Assembly: GCA_951406725.2 (NCBI GenBank)
Contig: OX597832.1
Location: 52,576,001-52,640,000 of the forward strand
Source of the DNA: Octopus vulgaris
Taxonomy: Eukaryota
Length of the DNA stretch: 64,000 nucleotides
Reading direction: 5' to 3'
Shown: piece after piece, positions 54,574-64,000 of the stretch
Layout: every line of letters begins with the position of its first letter
How positions within the stretch are numbered: position 1 is the stretch's first letter
The notes under the pieces: model-generated
Seen by the model: only the letters and a program-made list of their open reading frames with translations
The model's database searches: none
What the model was told of the DNA's origin: nothing
Made by a program: the position numbers and the translations under genes

Positions 54574-55429
54574 TATATATTTATATATTTCCAATATAAG
54601 GCGTCATGGTAATTTAACTGATTGAGAATTTCAATGAAATAGAAGTGTGGCATATCTGCATGAGTAGGTGTGCTTGACTTGACCTGGTTTAACTGGTTTT
54701 TGAAGAATTAACTTTTATGATTACTTTGTCACTAATTAAATGTGTAACCAATATGAGCAGCAGGGCCAAGGTCATCTTCTTTCACTGGCTGTCATTGTAA
54801 AATACTCTACTTGTACACAGAACATGTTTTAATACCAGTGTCTACTCTCAGATCTTGTAACTTCATATATTTTTGTATGGTTTTAAAATCCAGATAGTTT
54901 CTGAAACGCTCCTATTGTTAATGATTTGCAGATAAGGAATCTTATCTTAGAGTTTTTCTCTTGCATTTAATGTTTACAGAATCAATAAATTGCTGGCTTT
55001 TCAAACCAGTGAATGTGTAATCACCAGTGAATTGAGCATGTTTCAGGTTCAATCCCATTGCTAAGCATCTTGAGTGAGTGTCTTCTGTTGTGAATCCTGA
55101 ACAACAAAAGGCTTGTAAGTGGATTTAGTAGACAGAAACTGAAAAAAGTTTGTGATATATGTGTTTTTGTGTGTGTGTGTGTCCCACTACCACTTGACAA
55201 CTGGAGTTGGTTTGTTTGTGGCCGCTTAACTTAACTTAGTGGTTCAGCAAAAGAAGCCAATAGAATAAGTACTGGAACCAATTTGTTCAACTAAACCCTT
55301 CAAGATGGTGCCCAGCATGGCTGCAGTCCAATGATTGAAACAGGTAAAAAATTATGTGTGTGTGTGTGTGTGTGTGTGTATAAAGATGTATCTAATGATA
55401 TATGCATATGTACAAGCACACTAAAAATA

Positions 55430-55995
55430 TTGGGTTATCCGGAAAGTTTGTGCCAATTTATAGTAGCTTACCTTTCAATTTATTTTAAAATATAGTTGAG
55501 TCCATAAACTAGGATTTGACTACACCTCCATTTAGAGCACAGATTAAGCTATCTTTTCGTGGAAGAAGATTTATGTTCCTATAACCTGTGTTAATTCTGT
55601 AACCCCTTAAAATGAAAGATAAGAAAGTTCATTTTCGGCACTTGATGCTTTGGGAACCAGACAAAAATTGCTGCAGCTCAGCTGGGATGTGTTACCCCAT
55701 CCTCCATATTCACCAGATATTGCTCCTTCGGATTTCCACTTATTCTGGTCTCTGCAGAATAGTCTTAATGGTAAAAATTTCAATTCCTTTGATGATGTAA
55801 AAAGATACCTTGATGAATTGTTTGCCGTGAAACCACCTCAATTCTGGGAAGAGGGTATTTTCAAGTTAAAGGAAAGATGGAGATGCATTGTGCAATAAAA
55901 TGGTTCATATTTAGTTGATTAAAAATGTAATGGCAAGTATTTATTGACCTTTTTCTTTCTTTTAAAAATTGGCACGAACTTTCCAGACTACCCAA
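55430..55995 (+). mobile_element. Internally deleted mariner (DD34D-type) element
   Basis: TA target-site duplications and about 30-bp TIRs (TTGGGTTATCCGGAAAGTTTGTGCCAATTT / AAATTGGCACGAACTTTCCAGACTACCCAA). N-terminus MKDKKVHFRHLMLWE is joined directly to the C-terminal LPHPPYSPDIAPSDFHLF...ERW. Confidence 0.92.
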
Positions 55996-56444
55996 TATTA
56001 TTATTATCATTTCACTGTATAGTTGAGATATTCGTCACAGTAAAATGTCAGTTAATAGCTTGGAACTTAAATGGGATGGCGACAGTAAAATGCCATCGGT
56101 TCATTAAATCCAGGTTAGATGAAAGACAATTCAGTCACTAACAGTTACCATCCTATTTTGATTTCAGACAATCCTTTTGACTTGACCATCCCCAACACAT
56201 TGTCAAATGATGATGATGATAATGATAAAAATAATAATCGTTTCAGCTTTAGGGACAAGCCCTGAAATTTTGTGGGAAGGGACTGATTGATTACATCAGC
56301 GTCAATCCTTATTTAAAATAAGCAGTGGTGTTGGTATAATCAATTAGGATGAATAGCAAAGTTGACCTGAGCAGAATTTGAACTCAGAATGTAAAGGTGA
56401 ATGAGATGCAGCTAAGCATTATGTCCAGCGTGCTAACGTTTCTT

Positions 56445-57229
56445 ATTTCTTTATTGCCCACAAGGGGCTAAACATAGATAGGGACAAACAAGAACAGACA
56501 AAGGGATTAAGTCGATTACATCGATCCCTGTGCATAACTGGTACTTAATTTATTGACCCCGAAAGGATGAAAGGCAAAGTCGACCTCGGCAAAATTTGAA
56601 CTCAGAACGTAACAGCAGACGAAATACCTGTTTATTTACTACCCACAAGGGGCAAAACACAGAGAGGACAAATAAGAACAGACAAACAGATTAAGTTGAT
56701 TATATCAACCCCAGTGCGTAACTGGTACTTAATTTATCGACCCCGAAAGGATGAAAGGCAAAGTCAACCTTGGCGGAATATGAACTCAGAACATAACGGC
56801 AGATGAAATACCTATTTCTTTACTACCCACAAGGGGCTAAACACAGAGGGGACAAACAAGGACAGACAAACGGATTAAGTTGATTATATCCACCCCAGTG
56901 CGTAACTGGTACTTATTTAATTGACCCCAAAAGGATGAAAGGCAAAGTTGACCTCGGCGGAATTTGAACTCAGAACGTAACAGCAGATGAAATACCTATT
57001 TCTTTACTGCCCACAAGGGACTACACACAGATAGGACAAACAAGGAAAAACAAACGGATTAAGTCGATTATATCGACACCAGTGCGTAACTGGTACTTAT
57101 TTAATCGACCCCAAAAGGATGAAATGCAAAGTCGACCTCGGCAGAATTTGAACTCAGAACGTAGCGGCAGGCGAAATACTGCTAAGCATTTCACCCAGTG
57201 TGCCAACAATTCTGCCAGCTCGCTGCCTT
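56445..57229 (-). mobile_element. Family B SINE tetramer (about 184-bp period)
   Basis: CCCACAAGGG recurs at about 56457, 56642, 56826 and 57010; a single head sits at 57170-57229. Confidence 0.88.
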
Positions 57230-57278
57230 AACCCTTTCATTACTGCATTCATTTTGAGATGCTCTGTGTTTCTTTCAC
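57228..57278 (-). mobile_element. Right-end fragment of the same piggyBac-like MITE
   Basis: TTAACCCTTTCATTACTGCATTCATTTTGAGATGCTCTGTGTTTCTTTCA is the reverse complement of about 23457-23506. Confidence 0.75.
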
Positions 57279-57944
57279 TAAGCAATGGTTCCAGAAATAT
57301 ATTAATTTTGTTATTGCTTCTTTATGCAAAATGATGATCAGCTTTTAATCATGTGACAAACAAAAATAATTACTTTTATTATTACTCATATTCTCATTTT
57401 GTTGCCATAAAGAAGTTAATTGTATTTCTTCTATTTGGGTTAATTAGTAAGGTGTAGCTTCTCTGTAATTTGCTAAAGTGTCAGAGAAAACCACTAAACC
57501 TATTTAATTGCATATTTGTTAGCAGAGAGGAAGATAATTCCTGACGAATTAACTTCGTCTAAGATTACCGTCATAATTATCATTTTATGACCATTTTTCC
57601 ATGCTGGCATGGGTTAGATGGATTTCACAAAATCTTGCCTCTCATCATAATGTTTATCACGAGAGAAAACTGGTTCCTCTCTTACAGCATGGACTAGATT
57701 TTGTCATGTGACTGGTCCAAGGGTGATTCTTTGCAGCAAGACTAAAGAATTTTTTCTGAGGTGTGGGCATGGTTGTGTCAGAAGAAGCTTGCTTCCCAAC
57801 CGCATGGTTCTGGTTTCAATCTCACTGAGTGACACTTGGGTTGTATATTCTGTTATAGCTGCTGCAGGCCAACTAATTCCTTGTGAATGAATTGAGTAGG
57901 CAGAAATTGTGTGGAAGCCTTTCATGTATACAAATATATATATA

Positions 57945-57959
57945 TATATATAAAGCAGA

Positions 57960-57997
<38 letters not shown>

Positions 57998-58634
57998 ATG
58001 TATGTTCCTTATGCATTCGAAAACTTAGTAGCCAATTTTGACATATGGAGTATCAAAAGATTCAGTAATCTTTCGGCTACCAAATAAACTTTATTTTCAT
58101 TTACATATTTGCATTACAAAAATTTAACATTATAATCTTTCTATAAGTCAACCATCATAAACAACATTTTATACCTCCACCACCACCACCACATCACATT
58201 TTCTATATGAGTGTGTGTGTGTGTGTGTGTCTATGAGTGTGTGTGTGTTTGCAAGTTCATCATATAATTTAGGCCGATGACTGAGAAGTATGTGCTTGAG
58301 TGTATGTGACAATGTATGTGTGTGTGAATATACATACATTTTTTGACAACTGACACACACACACATACACACACACTCTCACACACACGCACACACACAC
58401 ACACTTCTAGAGAGAGTAAGACACACAGACAGAGATACGCCTGAGGTGTGCTTGAATGTGCTTCAACATTCACAGATTTTCAGTTCAAAATTCTATCCTA
58501 TTATCATTACAATTTGGATATTTTTTTAATAAAATATAGATATTTTAAAATAATTATGAGAATATATCTTTATATTTACTGCTTAATCTGAATAAGAATA
58601 GCAGTAACCCCAGCAACACCGGGTCATTTAGCTA

Positions 58635-58635
<1 letters not shown>
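57945..58635 (+). mobile_element. Non-autonomous Helitron-like element
   Basis: TATATATAAAGCAGAGTCTGTGTG... start; 3' CCCAGCAACACCGGGTCATTTAGCTAG. Confidence 0.55.
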
Positions 58636-58678
<43 letters not shown>

Positions 58679-58739
58679 TATATATGTTGTTAGCTTGTAG
58701 AAACAACCATTGTAGTAATAGTAGCAGAGAGAGATAGAG

Positions 58740-58965
58740 AGGACGTGATATTCACATCAATGGGCAAAGTGGCTATGTTATTGATGTGTGCTTTCCATGA
58801 AAGGTCATCAGATGCTGTCAGGTCATGTATTTCTTAAGTGTGTCATGGATTTAGTTGAGTGTCTTTCATGGAGCTTCAAGTGTCTGTCCTTGATAATGCT
58901 GCTGAGAGAGATTAGGTTGCCATTTTCCCATCGGAGAATATTCTCTTGGTCTCTGATCATGAAGT
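58740..58965 (-). mobile_element. Degenerate CR1/Jockey-like LINE reverse transcriptase fragment
   Basis: Minus-strand peptides ENILRWENGNLISL and SDDLSWKAHINNIA resemble the post-YADD region of these LINEs. Confidence 0.4.
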
Positions 58966-59212
58966 GATTCCTAACTAATATGAGTTGTCAACAGTGTATG
59001 AGGCCAATGTATAATGTATGTGGGAAGAGTTATTGAGGAGAGAAGAGAGATATTGTTTATATTGTGTGTGTATGTGTAGTGAGATATTTATATATAGAAT
59101 GCTTAGTGTGGAGAATTTAATAAAACTTAAGTGGTCGACTTCATCTATTACCGGTTTAACACCATCGTCTAGACTATCTTCAACAGTATCCACCACACTG
59201 GTATAAAAATTT

Positions 59213-59335
59213 GTGTTAGGAATGTAAATTGTGACTAAGGTTTGGTGGAAGATTTTAATTCAAAACTTATGAAAACAAGACATTTGTACTCAGAGCCAGA
59301 GCCAGTTTCAGCCAGGTTGGTAACGAAAGGGTTAA
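59213..59335 (-). mobile_element. Left half of the same piggyBac-like MITE
   Basis: Reverse complement of about 23031-23152, ending GGTAACGAAAGGG|TTAA. Confidence 0.78.
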
Positions 59336-59873
59336 GGTGTCTTTCATTATTAACTAAATAAGATATCATTTTCTCAAATATTCAAAAGTTTTGTTGACCC
59401 TTCAGTATTCAGATTACTCTGTCAAATGTAATACTCATGTATTAACATTGCCTTCTTTTTTTTTTAATTAATCATGCATTATCTTGTAGCGTCAAGATTT
59501 TTGACGATGTAATTGCATACTTTTAGAATGACATTGTAAAGTAGGTATGAAAGGCTAGATCTGACCAGTTTGAACATAAATCAGGTAGAATACTTGAGCC
59601 AGATTTGGTCGGCTTAAATGCAAAATGGTTAAAGTCTTAATTTCATACAGTTATGGACTAATTGAGGACATCTCTCATAATTTCAGTGATATTATCTTTG
59701 TAAAATTTCAAATAAAGCAATGAGGACAAGAACCTAATAGTTTGACCTGATAATGAAATTGAGAATAAAATGGCCAAATCTAAAAAAGAGAAACTTTCTA
59801 ATTTTTAAGAGAATAGAAAATGGTAATTGAAAGATTCATAGTAACAAGGTCAATTTTTCTTCATTTATTGCAG

Positions 59874-60033
59874 TTAAAGAATCAGTTCTCTTCGACTTAT
59901 AAAATGCAGCCAAATAACACGTCTGATATATTTGATAATTCAAAGTGTTTGAAAGAAAGTCAATCAGTGGAAGAGTTACTGTCACCTGAAAAAATATCAT
60001 CAGAAAAATCTCTTGAAGTTAATAATTTAAAGC
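59874..60033 (+). CDS. KAZN: Kazrin homologue exon 6 (Ser-rich, poorly conserved linker)
   Basis: TTTATTGCAG acceptor and GTAAGT donor. Phase 0-1 bridges exon 5 (ends phase 0) and exon 7 (starts phase 1). Open frame LKNQFSSTYK...EVNNLK. Confidence 0.82.
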
Positions 60034-60527
60034 GTAAGTATTTTTATACATACATACACAAATGCATGCTGATATAAATATGTATGCATACATTCTCTCT
60101 CTCTCTCTCTAAGTAAGACATTAAAATATGCAAGATTCTTTTAAAGTTTAGAGTGGTATGACTAGAGTGAAATCAAGAATATTGAAAGTAAAACAGTTCT
60201 AATTTCAATAATAAATAAACATTTTAAAACAGATTAAAATAATAATTTCTTTTGATTAGGTGGAAGCCTTATTATTGGAAAAGTGAGGTTTCAAAGTAGA
60301 TACATTAAAATATAGAGTGTAGCATTTTACTGACCTGGACAGCTGCACTACTCTACCAGACATTATTATGGTATATTTATAAAAATAGCATCTTCATACA
60401 GTCACCACTTGGACCAGTTAGATAAAGAGCAGCTTCTTTTCTCTTGATATGTATCAAATTTTAATTAATTGAAATTAGAAGTTTATATGGTTGGCCATGT
60501 CACATGATTTTTAATTATTAAATAATA

Positions 60528-60724
60528 GTCAAGACTATTGAAAAGGTTGCAAGACGCAACGAAAATTTTAGAAAATAAAAATAAGAAATAAGTGGAAATT
60601 TTACCGGTGAGTGTGATAAATAATAAGGCACTAAAAGAGAATGACTCTCCCCAAACACAACAGTATATGCTTCAACACACGAACTCATATAAAGAATCTT
60701 GCAAACCAAATCCAAAAACGAAAT
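60528..60724 (+). repeat. Dispersed repeat, same family as 14792-15100
   Basis: Near-identical sequence; the ORF track shows the shared spurious peptide MDLVCKILYMSSCVEAY. Confidence 0.8.
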
Positions 60725-61280
60725 ATAATAATGAATGATTTTTTGAAAAAGGTTCTGCTATATAGAACAGTTTAAACATGATATTTATTAATCTTGTCAT
60801 TGTTGGGGGCATTTTGTCTTTACCTAATCAAGGTGATAGCTTTGTCCATTTTCTATATTACTTTGAAATAAATCCCAAAGTAAAGAAGAACAAAAAGTGA
60901 GTTTATCTCAAAACCAACAAATTAACAAATCACTACTATCCAGAAGTCTATGGATTTCTTTTGCACTGAATTAACAATATTTGCTTTAGGATAACATTTC
61001 AAGTAGTCTCTGAAGCTTTGAACATCTTTTGTCATTTTGTCAAACAAAGTTATTTACTCTTGCTGGAACAATGTAGAGAACAACCATTGTCTCTCTCTAC
61101 TCTACAACATAATATTTCTCAGCCATCCTGCATTTAGTAGGTCACATCAGATGTGTTAGTATACTTTCACTTAACTCTTCTACTTTCTACTTACCTATTG
61201 GTGTACAGCTTCTAGTTTTCATTCACCTCATTCTTGTAAATAATTTTCCTTGTTTCTTCTGGCTTCTGTTTCCCTTCCAG

Positions 61281-61475
61281 TCTCAAATAATAGTTCATTA
61301 TTGATAATGGAAAACACTACTACGCCCTTACAAGCTATGCTCAGTTCTAGCCAAGAAAATTTTGAAAACCAGCTGAAAAACAAAAGGAAAAAACCCCTGG
61401 GATCATTATCAAAGATATTTTCTAAAACCCGTAGCAGACACTCTATTGCTGTGGCAAGTGAAGCCGAACTAGAAG
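61281..61475 (+). CDS. KAZN: Kazrin homologue exon 7 (basic NLS-like segment); gene continues beyond the window
   Basis: TTCCCTTCCAG acceptor, G|GTAAAC donor. SQENFENQLKNKRKKPLGSLSKIFSKTRSRHSI resembles kazrin SLEDLEDQKRKKKKEKMGFGSISRVFARGKQRKSL. Confidence 0.88.
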
Positions 61476-61494
61476 GTAAACAACATTCAAATTT

Positions 61495-61900
61495 CTTTAC
61501 TCTTTTACTCTTTTATTTGTTTCAGTCATTTGACTGTGGCCATGCTCGAGCATTGCCTTTAGTCAAGCAAATTGACCCCAGGACTTATTCTTTGCAAGCT
61601 TAGTACTTATTCTATCGGTCCCTTTTGCTGAACTGCTAAGTTACGGGGACGTAGACACACCAGCATCGGTTGTCAAGCAATGTTGGGGTGACAAACACAG
61701 GCACACAAATACACACACACATATATATACATATATACGACGGGCTTCTTTCAGTTTCCATCTACCAAATCCACTCACAAGGCTTTGGTCAGCCCAAGGC
61801 TATAGTAGAAGACACTTGCCCAAAGTGCCATGCAGTGGGACTGAACCCGGAATCATGTGGTTCGTAAGCAAGCTACTTACCACACAGCCACTCCTACGCC
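61495..61900 (-). mobile_element. Family A SINE starting about 20 bp after the exon 7 donor
   Basis: Full-length reverse-complement match. Confidence 0.85.
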
Positions 61901-62530
61901 TAAATTAATAATCATTATGAACTGATTAAAATAACCATTTTTTTTTTAAATTATAAAGTGAGCATCTCATGGTAGGAAAAGCAAGGCTTCAAACTAGCTC
62001 CAATAAAATATACAGTGTAATATCTTACTGACCTGGGCATCTGCACCACTCTAAATATTAATTCAATGTATTTTGAATTAATTATTATTTATATAATTAT
62101 TAATTTAAGGTATTTTGTCACTAACTTTTTAAAAAATATATAAATGGAAGACTTTTTTTTTTAATGGTTCAAAAATAGTTATGTTTATGTAAACTAAATT
62201 ACAGAGTTACATTAAATATATTTTCTTATATAATTATCTTTATCTTTCTAAATGCTTGTAATCATCTTAGGAAGAAATAAATATAGAATTTTGATTAAGG
62301 TTTTTTTCCTAGATAACTTCCCCATATGGTTCAACAGTTTTCGTATTAGTGTATTTTCTTTGATATCTAAGACTTCACTTTAAGAACCCATTCATAATAA
62401 GTAAGGTACACAAATAAGTGTGGGTGACCTTGCTTATTTTGGATAAAACTTTCAGAGTCACTTCAATAATATTACATACAGTAAAGGTATGCCTACCCCT
62501 GTATCCCATTCATTTCCTTCCCTCTTCTTC

Positions 62531-62562
<32 letters not shown>

Positions 62563-62635
62563 CTTCTTCTCCTTCTCCTCTTCTTCTCCTCCTTCTTCTT
62601 CTTCTTCATTTACTGTCCATTTTCCATTTTTGCAT

Positions 62636-62867
62636 GGCGAGCTGGCAGAATTATTAGCACGCCGGGCAAAATGCTTAGCGGTATTTCATCTGCCGTTATG
62701 TTCTGAGTTCAAGTTCCTCCAAGGTCAACTTTACCTTTCATCCTTTTGGGCTCGATAAATTAAGTACCTGTTACGCACTGGGGTCGATGTAATTGACTTA
62801 ATCCGTTTGTCTGTCCTTGTTTGTCCTCTCTGTGTTTAGCCCCTTGTGGGTAGTAAAGAAATAGGTA
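62636..62867 (+). mobile_element. Family B SINE
   Basis: Consensus match ending AAAGAAATAGGTA. Confidence 0.82.
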
Positions 62868-64000
62868 CTAAGAATGCATGAGACAAAGGAAGTAGTTCCA
62901 GAGAGGGTAAGCAGTAGTAGGTGGGGTAGGGAGTGAAATACATGCAGTTCCTCTCTCATAGTTACGTCAGCTGAATGAGTAGTATCCTAGTCAGATGAGT
63001 TGTGAGAAGGGTGGGTGCTAGTGGGATGGGTTGCAAGGGGGAGGAAATCACCAGGGACAGATTAGATGCAGGGCTGTAGACATCTATTTATATTCCTAAT
63101 TATTTAGCATATGAATTAATTTTCATTAAAGTTTTGCAGTAGCATAAATATACAATATCTCTTATTTAGGATAAATTTTAAACATATCACAAAAATGTTG
63201 AACAAATTTTATTTCTAATTAAAATTGTATTTTCCACTTCTTCAATTATGCCAAAATTAAAAAAAATTAAAATTAAATATTTGTAATATGTTACAAATGT
63301 AATAAAAAAAAATAAAGAATATATATTTACAGTTAAACTAAGTAAACCAAGACTTTAACGAGTATGTGAGAGAGGTTACGAATATAAGCAACTGATAAAA
63401 TTTGAAATCTCACTGCTATCTTGATACCCAGGTGTAATTACCACTAATTATATGTTTCCTCAACAAACTATATTTAAATATGATTTGCCTAAATATATAT
63501 ATGTATGGATTTGTCATTCAGAGCTTTTTAACTATGAAATTTAATTATTAAAAAATTTTTATAAAAAAATCATTATAGTTTTGGATTTTCTGTAATAATT
63601 ATTCCAAATGAGAACTGTTATTATTACAGATGAAAAATTGAATATGCTGTTTAATGTAAGCTTTTAAAAAATAATTTTGTATTTTGTTGAATTTAACTGT
63701 ATTTAGTTGTAAAAATTATGCAATAGATTTCATTAAGAACCTTTTATAAAATTATGTTCCAAAAATCCCATTAATACATCAGTAGATAAAAAAAATTAGA
63801 GTTGATTAATGGAATCAGTCTAAATTCACAATTATTTTATAATTTAATTGAAACACATAAGTAGTGTATTAGAAATATGATAAGAAAAGGGTTATAAATT
63901 TTTAGAAAAACTGTAAAGTTGGCAGGAAATGAATTATTAACTCTTTGGCACATACCCATAACATCAATATTATTTTCAGCGGTTTTCTTCCTGTATTAGG

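Noticed and set aside
63970-64000. Possible kazrin exon 8 acceptor (TTTTCAG at 63979)
   Set aside because: Splicing in phase 1 from exon 7 reaches TAG after six codons. A later AG at 63998-63999 cannot be assessed at the window edge.

Overview
AT-rich, microsatellite- and SINE-saturated eukaryotic genomic DNA. The repeat families look like those I recognise from octopus (coleoid cephalopod) genomes; this is an inference, not a search result. The only host gene I can support is a kazrin (KAZN) homologue on the + strand. It has seven coding exons (22144-22159, 28114-28467, 49165-49395, 52012-52172, 53290-53436, 59874-60033, 61281-61475) with GT-AG junctions whose phases all match. They splice into an open 421-codon N-terminal part (coiled coil plus basic NLS-like segment); the SAM-domain exons should lie beyond the window. 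The rest is mostly transposon debris: at least five SINE-like families, two Tc1/mariner relics, piggyBac-like TTAA MITEs, Helitron-like non-autonomous elements, a hAT transposase fossil, RTE and CR1-like LINE fragments, and probable Penelope-like remnants. Nearly all ORFs in the supplied track are microsatellite or SINE artefacts. I found no clear new biological system. The best leads are structural: SINE multimers sharing one junction at separate loci, several intronic fold-backs (possible dsRNA/ADAR substrates), a hairpin-cassette minisatellite, a split piggyBac-like MITE, and a possible alternative first exon. Repeat boundaries are approximate and were read by eye.
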